Counted from the first letter of the stretch, positions 1 to 14,317 are shown. The stretch: 64,000 nucleotides of DNA from Marsupella aquatica (GCA_973895155.1 OZ316895.1:3397659-3461658); one strand, 5' to 3'. The notes: a model not told the origin generated them from the sequence alone. A program made the numbers and translations.

Positions 1-1870
1 ACAGCTCGGGAAACCTCTAGCTGTTGGGGGCCCCGCACGGAACAAGGCTCTAAATCACACTCAAAGTGTAAGGGTACCCAAAGCAAGAGATCTAATTCGT
101 ATCTTTAGTTAGACTCAAGTTCAAGGTACATAACTATATGAGCTTTGCGTATGATTGAAGAGTCAGTATAGCTTGAGATTGCGATTTCTCTCCATTCAAC
201 CTCTCCTTCACTGTTGCAACAGGCTCACACACATAAAATAGGGGAACTAGATCACTAATAAGAGTATCAAACTTCCTTTTACTGGTTTATCCTGAAATCA
301 TGAGGTGCGTGTAGTTGAAACCTGGATGAACCCCTCAAAACAACAACCATCTGCACACACAAAACGTCTAGGCACCAAATTGAGAACAACACCAAACATG
401 AGAGAAGATCGAAGAGAGACTTTGCATCTAGGCACCACCAAAATGAGAACAAGAGGAAGAAGAAAGAGGGTAAGAGTGAGGAGAGAATCGTTAAAGCGAA
501 CCAAGCAGAAGAGAAGCTCCAGGAAAGGGTCTAATACATTCGACGCCGATGAGTAGACAAAATTCAGTGATACGTCTCAAACCAAACATTGAAATTGTGT
601 CACGCATGCTAAGCTACTCAATTACTTCACGGAACACTTGAAAAAAATAACCATTTATCCACCACCACAAGGAAACTAGTTACCATGCGGTAAGTGAATT
701 TTCAAAGAACGTGTTACGGTCCTACCAATCATCATTGTGGGTAATTTTGAGAGTTGAATTACAGGTAGAATCACACTAAACGTCAATGCCGCCTTCTTGC
801 TTATCATTATGCCTCACACGAGCATCAACGTCATTATGTACAGCAACAATGCGTACAAAGTACAAGCGTTCATGTCTACCATGGTTTGGACTATGCTTAT
901 TATGATTGGAGGAAAGGACTTAAGTGGCCCCCTCTAGCATCTTATCACAAAATGGATTTGATCAGGCCTCTTGGATAGTAGACCGTCCAAAATTCAAAAA
1001 TACCAACTCTGTTTCAATCCAAGGTATATGGTTATTAGCTATTTACTACTTTGTCCTCCAAATTATTCAATATTGTTAACATGTCACAAAAACAAAATTA
1101 ATTATCAACATGTAGTTTTTTTTGTATTTAGATTAATATTAACTTGTATATGGGTTCCATTGTCATGTGACAAGTTGTTACTGGATAGTTTGAGCCCACC
1201 GCCACACCCCTTGGCTCCCCTTCCTTGGCTACGGGAACCCATAGCCGAGTTAATTTAACCCAAATATAAAACAAGGAACAGGTTGATAATTAATTTTGTT
1301 TGGGGTACAGGTTCATAATATTGGGTAGTTTAGGGGACAGGTTAATAAAAAATTGATAAGGTATTCTGCAATAGTCTCCATCGGGTTTACCTCTGCTACA
1401 TCGGGCACGCACTACATACTTGGGGCGCCACAAAACTTACAAAATGTCATTTTTTGAGAAACCCTAACATTTCACTGGATAACTAGAATAGATGAGTTTT
1501 GTTTGTTGAAGTGAAAATTGTTTGGTGTGATTACTAAAGTTCAACCTACCTATTGAAAAAGAAAGTTGGGACTTTTTGGACATGACCTTTTGAACATAGC
1601 ACTCAATCTTATGTCCTCAAACGGGAAAGGTTGCTGCTTGAAAACGCTCGGTCACTGTGATTCTGAGCATGGTTCGTGGTTGAAATGGCTCTAGTGACAA
1701 GTGACCCAATTTGGTCTTTGTGAGGCAGAAACTCACTTTATAAGAACTTTTAGAAGAACAAAAGGTACGGATCATAAAGAGGAGGTCGATTGGGGCAAAA
1801 ATGTTTCCAGGGGGCTGATCAAGCAAACTATCACCAGGAGGGGGTCTATTGAGCATATCCCTTGCATTTA

Positions 1871-2435
1871 ACCACCGTTACCATTGTTGGACTCCTTGTG
1901 GTGATGTGCATGCAACCACTGGCATTATTGAGTCAAACAGTTTGCAACTTACTTTGGATGAAGTGCGGTCTTTGTTGTGGTATGTTTTTCCATGGCGCGG
2001 CAGACCTGGCTCCCGTTAGTGTTTTCATATGTAATATGTCCAGCTACCATGCTAAAACATGATATATACTTGAACCTAACTCATTTGGATTACTAACCTT
2101 AATTGGCATAACCACACTCCCTTCAACCACTGGCACCGTTGTTGGACCCCTTGTGCCTATGTGCATGCAAACAGGGCAGTCATTGAGGCAAACATTCTGC
2201 AACCATGGTTGACAAGCTAGCAGTCTCTTTTGTGGGTCCATGCTTTATGCCAGACCCAGGTTCCCGCTAGTGCTTTCATATGTTATGTGTCCAGCTTCCA
2301 TGGATGTTAAAACATTCATGCACCTAATGTCATGGGTCCAACCACACTCCATCCAACCACGGTCATCGTTGTTGCAATCCTTGTGGCAATGTGCATGCAA
2401 ACACTGGCAGTCATTGAGTCAAAGATTCCGCAACT
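1871..2435. repeat. Three diverged ~240-bp tandem units
   Basis: Core 'accac..t..c.ttgttg.a..ccttgtg...atgtgcatgcaa.cac.ggca.t.attgag.caaa' recurs at ~1871, ~2124 and ~2354. Confidence 0.75.
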
Positions 2436-3029
2436 GTGGTTGACATGCGTGCAGTCCATGTTGCAAGTTAAGTTGGAGTTAAGGGCTGGTTGATGGTGAA
2501 CCTCACACTACCAAAACAAAATGGTCCTCAAAATGGCCCTGATTTATTGCTTTGGCAGATACCCACATTTACCACCATGTGATATAGACACCGAGACTTG
2601 CTCAACCTGGGCCACATTCAAAGCAACTTCACCTACAAGCATTGCAAGCCCCACAACAATGTGACCTGCAATCTGCCTTGCATTGTGCAGATTTCACTGT
2701 TCAAGGCCCACAACAATTAGCCTACAGTAGTAGCATTGTGCAGATTTCATTGATCAAGGTCCACAAGCTAGAATGACTCAAGCATCAGGGCGTGTCAATC
2801 TTTAGAATAAGAGCTTGCATAACTACCCTTATTGGGAAACTTTAAAGGGACTGGGTGTTGACCACACCCAAAACTAAAAAGGAGAAAGTCATGTCCATCT
2901 CATTCATTGTAGAGTTATTGGATTTTCACTCAATGAGGTTTTTAATTATTGGATAGATACTAGGTTTGTGTTGGGCTTTCAATATTGTAGCCGTAATAAG
3001 TCAAATTCATCATATGAGTGTGTCTAGAG

Positions 3030-3950
3030 TTCAAGTCTATGAACAAAATGAGATTAGATAGTTTTCAAACAAGCTTTGTAGGCTAGAGTCACTTGTTGAG
3101 ACTTAATGAATCACTCATAGACAACTTGCACATGTGAAACATAGAAAGAGATGGCTCACTTTGTCGTAGACAACATGCACATGTGAAACATCTAACAAAC
3201 AAGTAATCAACACAACTGAGAGATATGTGGTTCAAGTCCATAAACAAAATGAGATTAGATATGTAGCTTTCAAACAAGTCTTATAGGGACCATTGATAGA
3301 CAACATTCACGTGTGAAACATCTAACAAACAAGTAATGAACACAAGAGATATCTGATTCAAGTCCATAAACAAAATGAGATTAGGTAGCTTTCAAACAAA
3401 CTTTATAGGGACCGCTCATGTAGACAACATGCATAATCATGCGAAATTCAAGGTGAAACATCCAACTGTAAGCAAGTAATTGACACAAGAGATGTGTAGT
3501 TCAAGTCTATGAATAAAATGAGGTTAGGTAGCTTGATTTCAAACAAGCTTTATAGGGACGCTCATAGACAATATGCACATGTGAAAAGTCCAACAAACAA
3601 GTAGTTGACACAAGAGATCATAGTTACATGGTTTGACTCTAGCTGTGAACAAAATGAGATTATGAAAAGTCCAACAAACAAGTAGTTGACAAAAGACAAA
3701 AAATGAGATTAAGTCTGTTGGTAGCTTTTGAACAAGCTTTATAGGGACCACTCATAGACAACAATCATGCACATGTGAAACATCTAAAGAGCCAATAATC
3801 AACACAAGAGATATGATGTCAAGTCTATGAACAAAATGAGATTGGGTAGCTTTCAAGCAAGCTTTATAGGGAACACTCATAGACAACATACTCGACAACA
3901 TACACATGTGAAATATCTAACAAGCAAGTAATCAACACAAGAGATATATA
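3030..3950. repeat. Minisatellite array, ~120-140-bp diverged units
   Basis: Recurrent 'tcaagtc(t/c)at(g/a)aacaaaatgagatt...ttcaaacaagctttataggg...catagacaaca...cacatgtgaaacatctaacaaacaagtaat.aacacaagagat' at ~3031, 3232, 3357, 3501, 3640 (variant), 3819. Confidence 0.85.
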
Positions 3951-6176
3951 GTTCACCTCTCCAAAGACTTCATCCATGGGAACACACAAGATAACTTTAG
4001 TGGGACTGAGCTTTATAGCACTACTTGTTCCTTGGACATACCAAGTCTCTATAGCACAAGCTCTGCTTTTAACATTGAGCCTGAGTTCCACTCACAAGCT
4101 AAGCTAACTCTTGTCTGTGAATATACTTAGTAGCACATCTAACCTTGATCAAATGCTTATCGACTATGGTTACGTACTATGGTTACAAAGTATTTTTATA
4201 ACAAGGAGTAAATGCCTAACATATACAGTCAAGGAGATTGAAGTCTGTTGAGCATAGACGACATTTGCAACGGCAAGCCCATGAACCATCCAACGCACAA
4301 TAGTCGACACAGAGAGATACATGGTTCACCTCCACATGAGGCTACATCCATGGGAACACACAAGAGCTTTACTGCACTCTAGGCCGACCGGCCATACCAA
4401 GCATCCACAGCACAAGCTTTCCCTATCTCTCAACTAGCTCCGTAACAATGAGCCTAAGTTCCACCAGTGTTTGGCATCAGCCCTGGCTATATACACAACA
4501 ACACTACCGCTAACATTAGCTAAGTCCTAACCCGAGTTAGACTAACTGTGGTTAGCTCATGAGTCACAAGACTAGAGCAATATCTAACAAGTCAACATGT
4601 CATATATTCAACCACACTTTGTGCATTGGAATAAGTGAAACCAACCTTGTCCCCCACAAGAGATTGTTGTGGCGGGCATTGATGCAAATGTTTGGTGGAA
4701 TAGGATTCATTGTTAATTCATAGTGATCTCCCATTGTTGAATACTTTATATATTCCTTTGTCGAGTTGGTGCATTGCGTGCTTATGAGGCTTAATATACT
4801 CCTAGAACTTGTTGTGGCTGAAATCTCAAAAATAAAATAATTATAGATTGGGTAATCCACTTGAATCTGAGATAGTGATGAATTGTACCTAGTAGTGATT
4901 GTTTTTGGTAAGTCATGGTCCTTTCATAAGATTCCAAAGTCTACTTTATGAGACACCAAGCGGGGCCCAACATATTCTGCATTGTGGGCATGACTCCCCA
5001 TAGAGGTTTACATGAGATTTATATCAAGCCTTTGAGTAGAGGGTAGAGTAGGCTTTTATTTGTTTATTTTGCAAGGTCCAATTGGATGCGGTAGCTTTGT
5101 ACCCCCCGCCTTTGATTGGCGTTGAGTTTTGGTTCACCTCATCCCTCCCCCGTTACTGGGTCATGACTCTTTGAGAAAGTATTTTTGTAAATTCAAAGGG
5201 CTTTTGTAACCTTTGCAATGTTTGCTTTATGTTTTCAAGATACCAACATCTAAAAGTTAGAGGGAACATTGCTCACGACCTCTGACTGGTTGCATGGCTC
5301 GTTGTCTGGGGCGGGGTTTCTCTTCCCTTTCCTCAACAAACAAGCAACAAGGAAAAAAAAAACAGTTCCGTTAGGCAGCTCCACTTGAGCTGTCCCAGTC
5401 TCAGAGAATTCCACGTCAATTTCCATGTATTTAAAAATGGTGGGATAGATGGACAGGGCTGTTTGCATACACTGTTTTCAAATAAAGAAGCACGACGATT
5501 GTATACTAGAGAAAACATTGTAGTAAGTTGAAATGGAATTCAAATTAAAGGAACGAAACCTCTATCATCCAAAGAAAAAACGACTTGGTAGACACTAGAG
5601 AAAAGCTCTGGAGAATCTGAAAAGCCAAATTAATGTAGGATGGAAGTCAACATGCTCAATGGAGGATGTTTAAACATATCTCAGGGAAATAAACCTTTCT
5701 CAAGATATGAGAGACTTAGTTAACCAAACTAGTTTTACTAAGCTACCACCAAAATTGCACAATCTTCTTACGGTTTCCTGGAAACTGGTTTGATTAGTAA
5801 GCTGCATGCATGGGTTAATCTTAGTTAGTGTACATTCCAACTAGTTGAGTTATTTATGGCAGTACTAGTGGAAAAAAAAACAGGAATCAAATTAGTTTAG
5901 AGGCAACTTAGTTAATTGTGCAATTTTGGGGTAACATAGTAAAGAATTGTTGAACCCAAAGTGCTCAATCGTCATGCTTAAACTAAATCTAAAGTGAAAG
6001 TGTCAAGACACCTAATGTGTTTGAGACCTAGGTCAAACACATTAAAGGCACTGGTTCATTAATGACTGGCATTCACATCATGCTAGGAGGATGCTCTACA
6101 GGGATCTTGGGGTGAACTGCCACAGCTTATTTTTGCTGTAAGCAACTAATAATCTTTTATGACTGCATGGTTGCGT

Positions 6177-6487
6177 GAGGTATATGTCTGATGGACCCCA
6201 AAATGAAAAATGTTACTTGATGGGGATAGATAGACCTTAAACCACCACTGTCCATATAAAAGGAGAAGTGTAGTGTCCAAAACTTCTTACTTTTTACATT
6301 TCTTTCCTCTAGAGTGAGACTTTGTTCCACAATTTCAAGAAAAAGTGACCAAATATGGTGAAACCTGGTGAATCCAAGTTTTGACATGGTCAGTGGCGCT
6401 TTAAATCAAGGTACCCAAACCCTCAAGGGTCCCATCAAGTGGCTTTTTTTTTGGGGGGGGGGGATCCATCAAGCATACAAATACCTC
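6177..6487. mobile_element. MITE-like element (family A, copy 1)
   Basis: Imperfect terminal inverted repeats: gaggtat...gatggaccccaaaatgaaaaatgttacttgatggg (6177-6224) vs cccatcaagtggctttttttttgggg...gatccatc...atacctc (6430-6487); related copy at 7277-7447. Confidence 0.6.
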
Positions 6488-7276
6488 CAATTGTGTAGAT
6501 ATAGTTGCGTATGAAATAAAATTAAAGAACATAAAGGACCCCCCATATAATGACTTCCAATCTTTTGGCAAAGAAGAACAGGCAGTGGGGACCCAGTAGC
6601 TTCGAGAGACGAGGCTTGGGGCCACACAGACATCCCGTGTAGTCTGGGACACGGTCCCTAACTAACCCTTGGTGCGCAGGTGGCGAACGGAGAAGAAGAC
6701 CCCCCGACTTCCCAGGTCGACGGGAACGAACATCGTACATTAATGGTCAAGCCGTACCCCGGTTGAAAGATCCCGGTCGCGGTGGATCAGTACCTTCCCG
6801 GCCCGGACGGCTGACTGTGGGACGTTGCCGGGAGATCGGAGTCACGGATCGGGATTCACAGGTCAGCCATCCCATCTCGCCGGGAAAGTAACTAACGTTG
6901 CCGATGTTGCCGATAGGATCGACGGCGATTCCTTCGGACGCTTTTTGCGACTTGTGTCGGTCTGTCGGTCGATCGCTCAGATCCCGGCGAACTATGAGGG
7001 GCGGTCCCGGCCTCGGGGGAGGGTTCCATGCTCGTAAGCTGTGACACCGGGCACAGCTACTCCCACCGATGGAGTGTGGGAGTTGTCGACAAGACAGGAA
7101 TATCCATAGATGAACGTGAATACGTAACGTGTTTGGTTTATTTTAGTTGTTGCTGATGCATCGAAGTCTCATAGTTGGGATTATTGGTCCTCCCTTTATT
7201 CTTTGGGCCTCACTGGCCCCCCAAGAAGAAGAAGAAGAGTGCACCAAAGTCACATAGTTGCTACAAGAAGAGGTTT

Positions 7277-7447
7277 GAGGTATTTGGTTGATAGGAAGCC
7301 AAAATGAAAAGTGTTATTTGATAGGACCCCTGAGTGATCCAGAGTGACACTTAATTGACGTCGATATATCTTGAATCAACGTACCCAAAACCTTAAGAGT
7401 CCTATCAAGTAACACTTTTCATTTTGGGGTCCCATCAAGCACATGCA
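7277..7447. mobile_element. MITE-like element (family A, copy 2)
   Basis: ttgataggaagccaaaatgaaaagtgttatttgataggac pairs with gtcctatcaagtaacacttttcattttggggtcccatcaa; shares 'atcaa.gtacccaaa' with the 6177 copy. Confidence 0.6.
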
Positions 7448-7705
7448 CATTGACAATACTGTAATATAAAATTTCAGATAACATCAAGGACTCACAGGTT
7501 TAAAGAGAAAACAAAATTTCAATCCATTTTTTATATAAAGAAAATTGGAAAGTATAAGCCATTCTTACATGCAAAAGGATAAAAATTCTACTGCACATGT
7601 GGACATAATATAAGGTTGCCGTAGCCCATGCATTTTGGGTCATATTGCAACATCATGAGTTCATGGCCCCTGTTTGGGAGGCATTCTTTGTGTGGGCATG
7701 AGGTG

Positions 7706-8185
7706 GGTCCTAGTGGAACGAACAAAGCTCTAAGCACACCAGTTTTGCACCTTCAATAGCCTTCATTAGAGTACACATAGGCCATTTTTTTAATGCTGCT
7801 ATATATATATGGCAGGACACCCTTTGGTTATCTTGACTTATTGAATTGCCTGCTACACATTCTTCCTCTTATTGACTTATTACACCTCTTATGTAAATCT
7901 GGTGTCTTCTATACCTTTACTTTGTATTTTGCTGAATTTATTCATTTCTTCCAACCCCTGGTCCTAGTGGTAGAACAAAGCTCTAAGCACACCAGTTTTG
8001 CACCTTCAATAGCCTTGTTAGAGTAGAATACACATAGGCCTTTTTTGGTGCTTCTATAATGGCCTGACACCCTTTGGTTATCTTGCCTTATTAGAACTGC
8101 TTGTTACACATTTTTATGTAAATCTGGTCTGTAATATGCTTTTACTTTGTATCTTGCTAAATGTAAAATTTCTTCCAGCCCCTTT
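7706..8185. repeat. ~254-bp tandem duplication
   Basis: ggtcctagtgg...gaacaaagctctaagcacaccagttttgcaccttcaatagcctt at 7706 and 7960, with downstream blocks also duplicated. Confidence 0.85.
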
Positions 8186-11100
8186 AATAGGTATGGTTAG
8201 AACTTTTATTAATCTTTTTAGTATCATAGTTACCTTATCTTGTTCCTCTTGATTAACATTCTTAACTTTTAGTTATTTATAGATTTATGCTCCTTTCGAT
8301 GAGAATTCTCCAACTTTCCATTATCAACCAGGAAACTCCTCCTTCTTTCCATGAAAATTCCATGAGAAGGTCAAAGTCTCCAGAGTCAACCAGGCAACTA
8401 GGACTCAATCCAACAATGCACTGCAGTTTTATATGTCTGTTGTTCAAAAAACTTCCAATGCTTGTGATTTATAGACCAACAGGTGTCACCAATTTTTTTT
8501 CCAATGGTTGTGGGTTATAGATCAATAGGTGTCACCTGAACAAAGATAGAGCCTCAAAGTAGCTGACCAGAAGGCCTCACACAGGTGGTTTGCCTCAAGA
8601 ACATTTCACAAATCCCTCGTATCCTTCCCTCAAGTTGAGGCTAGCACGTTACATCAAAAGAAAAATTCTAGACTTACTACTAAGTCATTCAAGGCAAACT
8701 AAGACTAACCCAACCTATGCATTTCAGCCAAGCCATCACTGTCTTAATTTTTTGCCCACCCCCCTTCCCCCCCCAAAAAAAACCCCAAAAAAAGAGAGTT
8801 GATTAGTGTCCACTTGAGACTGTTCTTACAGATATGGAAATTAATCCAATCGACAAGTAAGATATAGAGCACGCCACAGATGCTCTTGAGGTTGAGGCGG
8901 GAGTTGAAGTTGATGCATGATACAATACAGAAACTCGGACAACTTGGGAGAAAATGGATCATGCTCATCAAATTCAATTTGTCCACTGAATGTAAACCTC
9001 ATATAAAATACAGAAATAGATCAGGCTCAAGATAGTCTTTCAAGGCCAACAAAAAATACTATCTAAAGGAGTGGCTCAAGGCTTTTAGGACTGTGGGGGC
9101 CAATATGAAATGCTTGTAGACTGGCCCCAATATGGCTGCCCATACCCAGAATCCCATGCCTGTCCCTACTCACAGACATAGCTAAATATATATATATCCA
9201 AAATAATGTGTTGTCAAAAGAAGAATTTTTGACCTATGGCTTCACTCTACAAAAAAGGTAGATTGAAGTGTTGTTGATAAGACAGATAGACTTATCACCA
9301 ATCATAGTATCTAGAAGGCTAGTAGATATACCTCGTAGTGTTCCCATGTTTTTATTCCATTTCTATGTTTGTCTTGGCAAGTATAATATCGGTACAACTT
9401 TGGCTAGAGTTCCGGGATTGTGTGGGGTTTGGTGTTGTTTAGTTTCCCTCCTTTTCAAAAGAAGAAGTAGTTCGCCTAGAGTTGAAAGGTTATTTTGTCG
9501 TACGTAAAAAATTATATCCTAGCTTTTTTCATAATGCAACATGTTTAGAGTTGAAAAAGCTGCTCGACAATATAAATCCTACAGTAGCTAGTTTCCGCTT
9601 TTTGTTCCAGACATTTGACCTTATTCCTTTGATGGACGTGAAGACGTAAATATTGCACTGTGTTACCCTCCTGGTTAGTCTTAATTGCAAGATCATCAGA
9701 AACACCAATGTGGGCAGAAAAACGTCTAGCAAACGTAGAATTGAGAAAATTATTTGTGGTTTGCTACGACAAAAGGGTGTTCACTCAAGGTTTCCTCCAC
9801 ATTGGATTTAATTTTGTAGATAGTTATTAATGGTACGAGGTAATAATCTACAGCTCTGTTGAGCTTACACTAGCTTCAACTATCTGGAGCAGTGTTCAAG
9901 CTCAAGCATGGACAACAATGATGTCCATAATCACTCAGGTAGGACTAGGAGATAGACTGCAGCAACCATTGCATCAATTAAATAGACGTGGAACAAACTA
10001 AGAGGACGGGCCTTAGTTATAACTTGAAAGAAATGATGCTCCTTGGAATCCAACAAGGAACCCAGGCATGCATCACTTTCACCACTGTCCCTTGGCATTC
10101 AAATAGGCAACAATTATGCCTATTTATATACACTAGTCACTTAGCTATCTTCTGCCAATCCAAGGTTTCTAGGGTTTTCAGTGTAGATTGTTGATATGGC
10201 AAAAGCATAAAGGCTTGATACACAAACATTAATTTATTAACTCTGAGGCACAATTAATTCGCAAAGAGGTCTAACTTTTGAAGCTCTAGCTACTCAACTC
10301 ATTGCACTCTTTCATGCTAGATCATTCAACTTAACTCAATAATTTCAGTACTGAAGCAACTGAAAAGAAATTGGATTGAACTGAATTAAATTGGACTTGT
10401 CTCAATTCTGCATAAAGCAGTCTTAAACTTAGGAAAACTTCACTGATTTCAAACATGATTCAATTTTACTGAACGTAGCCTCAACATTACTTCTTTCAAC
10501 TTTGCTTGTAACACCTACCTACTTCTGAGAGGTTAATAGGGCCTTTACAAATCCTGTGCTATAATGGGTCACATTACATGACTGTAGAGCAATTTCTGAT
10601 TCTAGACTAGTGATCACATTCCAAGGAGATGGGTATGTGCATGCCCCTGGAGCTAGAGCAACATTCCACCCAACCACTCCAGCTACTGTTTATGCTTTAG
10701 CCACAAGTCCCGTATAAAGTGCTTTGGGGTGAACCTTTCCACTCATTTCACATACAGTAGAGTCCTGTAGATGAATGAGCATATCCTATTTTTGAGTATC
10801 AATGTCATGTCATTAGGTCACCATAGGGATCCACCTAAAGCTCAAAATGTAGATGTAACTGAGACTTCCATCCCTCCAAAACCCGCATCTAGAAAGAAAT
10901 AATTCATGTTTTAGAAGAAAGTAACAAACTTTGTTCTTAGGGTACGAATGTGCTGAGAATCAAGATGAAATCTCACAGAGAACCCCGTCTTAAAGTAGCT
11001 CATATTCTTTAAAAAATCACCAAGAAAACGTTTCGATGAGGGGGTCCCACGATGGGAGGTCCTACTTTTCACGTAGGCAAATGAATGGCAATGCAGCCCC

Positions 11101-12144
11101 CGTTTATAGTTGAAGCTCCCTCTTATAGTGGCAGTTGCGGTTTAATTTATAATAAAGTTAGACTTAAAAGCAATGAGAGCGGGAGAGACACTGCAGCCCA
11201 CCTTTGAATTTCGATTTCAACTACAATATGTTGTTCTTTGGAGAGATGTTGTTCGCTGAGCACACGTACCCAAGAGATGGTCCATGAGCACAGAAGCCAC
11301 CCACTAAAGGCTTCCGATCGTCGAATTCTTGCTTCCTTTTGTGAAAACTGAACACTCACCGATCACCTGAGATTGTAACCCATCATTAAGGATTTACGTA
11401 CAGACAGATTGATTATTTGTCTGGATTTGTCTGAACAAACTGACATAATGCTAGCAAAGTTTGTCATTGGTCCCTCTCCATTTGGGATCGTTTGCTTACT
11501 TGCTTGCCTATTGTAACCTACTTCGTTTGGGATCCGATGCTTGCATAGCTAGCCTGGCACACACAGGCTAGTATCGATTTGCAGACCCAATCAATAATTT
11601 CGCCATTGCTGGAATCTCGTAGTTTTGCTCTGCTCTGCGGTGCGCTAAACCTCGAGTACTGGTGGTGAAACGGAATCAAAAAGTTTTCAGCACACGTGAA
11701 GGATGCCAGGGGGTGAAGGAGCTTGGAGAGGACGAAGGACCTTGATCATGTCATTGGAACGAATATATCTTGGAGCTTTTCACTGACAGAAAAGTTCAGA
11801 CTACGTGTATTGTCTCAGACTATGCTGGTCTGGACGTCGAAAAGCTCCGGATCTCGTATGACAAAGTGCCTGCTGAATGGCTGGACGACACTCCGAGATC
11901 TGTCCGGGAAGCAGATCCCAAGTATATTGCTCGTCCTCCGCAACAACGGCATTGTGGGACGATTGTGGCGACAAATGCTTGAATTGGAGATGGTGATAAA
12001 ACATGGCAGCGGGCATGGCAGTGACTCTAGAGAGCTTTTTCCAGCGAGGTGAAGAAGGGGACCGACATCGTCTGAGGAAGAGGAGGAAAAAGAGCTCTGC
12101 TGAGCTGACCTCGCAAGTGTCTTAGCCTAGGTGAGCTCACAAAG

Positions 12145-12335
12145 TGGGATCATGGTGGAGAGCAGCAGAATCACTCGCGCCAATAATATGCCTGCTTTGG
12201 TGTACTATGGGATCATGGTGGAGAGCAGCAGCATTACCAGCGCCAATAACATGTCTACTTTGGTGCACTATGGGATCATGGTGGAGAGCAGCAGCATCAC
12301 CAGCGCCAATAATATGTCTGCTTTGGTGTACTATG
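12145..12335. repeat. 3 x 63-bp tandem repeat
   Basis: tgggatcatggtggagagcagcag starts at 12145, 12208 and 12271 (period exactly 63). Confidence 0.95.
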
Positions 12336-14317
12336 AGGTGTCAAATGAACAAATGTAGGCGGCTGAGTAGGTCTGTCGTTCACCCAGGCAGATAAATCGA
12401 AATACAGGCCCCTTTTATAGTGGCAGCTGTGGTTTAATTTCTGCAAAATAATGAAATGTTAATCGCTCTGGAGAGAGAAAGAGACTGAGCGAGTAGTAAC
12501 TCAGTGCAGACCACCTCTTCACTATTTGACTGTCAATTTTTTCAAAACAACGACAATATGTTGCTCTTTGGAGCGATTAGTAATCGCCGACGAGAGCACT
12601 ATTGCACCGAGGCACTAGGCAATTTGTATCTCCAGCCCGAAGGCCTGCAGATCGGGGAAGAGACGAGGTCTGTTTCTCGGGAGTTCACTCATTATACGAT
12701 TGACATCGGAGACCGGCTACGGATTCTAGATGTGAGTGACCATAACTCTATGATTTGTCACCTTTGTTCCGGCATGGGACCTGCAGCACGACTCAGACAT
12801 ACCGATAATATTCACAGAGCTGAAAATCAAGTTCCAGTTAGCGAAATGGTAACTTAAATGCCTTCCGAGGTTTGTCATGTAAATTCTGAGTGTATACATT
12901 ATGTTTTTAACTGAAAAATAAAAACAGGAGAATGATTTTCTCGCCTTGCTTGATTTCCTAAAGTAAAAAGTAATAATGTGTGGCGCAAGTCCTCCGCCGG
13001 TTGGGATGGTACTATATACCACATTGGGATGGCACTACGGTACTGTATATCACACAGCCACCGATTAAGACACAACGCCTAGGAAACAGGATCAGAAAAG
13101 CAGAATCCCCGATAAAAGGGAGAGAATGGAGAGACACCTTACAACAGGATCCCAAAGGCAGGAGACCAATAAAAGCAGGAGACCAATAAAAGGCAGAAAA
13201 CAATAGAAAAACAGGGAAGACCAAAAAGCTGGAGACTACGTACTTGCAAGTCGTACTTGTTTTTAAGGCATCCACCTTGATGCGTAACCTCGCAAACTTG
13301 GGCGATGGAGTTTCACAGTTTTCGGGGTCACTACAATGACTCTGAACACACAGCAAATCTCCTGGACTTGGACTTTGACAAAGAGTAGAGGATTGCGTGG
13401 CCCCACAAAAAGTTTCAGGAAACCCGTTCACAAAGTCTCTCGTTCCATGGCGGTTCAATCCGACGTTCAATGAACAAGTTAAGAGTTGACTGAGCGTCCG
13501 TAGGCAATTGACACTAACTTGATTTGTTCACGAGGAAGGTTTAATATTATGAAATAGAGGCGGGACTTTGGGAGAAACCCAATCTTCATCAACATAGATG
13601 GTCTACGCCTTTAAGCACCACCACAATTTTTATTGAACTATGTTTTCGAAGGTTTATTACGGGTGTCACCAGTATGTTTGTCCATCTGTTTAAAAGACGT
13701 GACATAGGCTTTGAAACGGGTAGAGGGATGGAATGCTAGAAAAACCCCTCTTCAGTTAAATTAAGCTGGCATGGATCACAGAAAGAAAACTGCATGCGTG
13801 CAGCATCATCAGGTATTCCTTGGACTTCTGTTTAAATGTTTGATTATTCTAGACAGCAATATATTCAAAGTTCATGAGATGATTGACACATCGAAAAAGC
13901 ATCACAGCTAGCCAGGCTTGCAGACTTCTTACCCCAACAATAAGAAGTAACATCAACGCTCATGAACAGTTATTTTCCCTGAGCTCATTCAGTAACAGGC
14001 TGTAAAGCGGTGGATATGTGTTGCAATAATATTGCCCAGGAAATGCATGAACTTGTTGCTGATCTTCGGAAATCAGATAATTGACAGTATGACCTCGGGG
14101 AATTACATACTAGCAAAACCGGGTTCCACGAGGTCGTACTTAAGGATTGTCGGGGATTTTTCACATATTAATAAGACACTCATGTCTTGCTTCCACGGAC
14201 CGCCTTAAAGTTTCGAACTCAAGGACGGACAGAAACCCAAGTTAGCGACAAAGAGGATGTACAAAATGCAATGGCCATCAATAAACTTAAATTGGAAATA
14301 TTGAGCATCGATTGTTG

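Noticed and set aside
6655-6672. Telomerase RNA template (ctaaccct)
   Set aside because: An 8-nt match is expected by chance; no clear USE/TATA pair, conserved plant TR motifs or Pol III terminator could be identified.
12145-12335. CRISPR-like array
   Set aside because: Whole 63-bp units repeat with no unique spacers; eukaryotic context and no cas genes.
13012-13470. 152-aa minus-strand ORF / LINE 3' remnant
   Set aside because: No domain recognised; it has a 3'-UTR-like composition with a short internal repeat, but no poly(A) tail or TSD was found.
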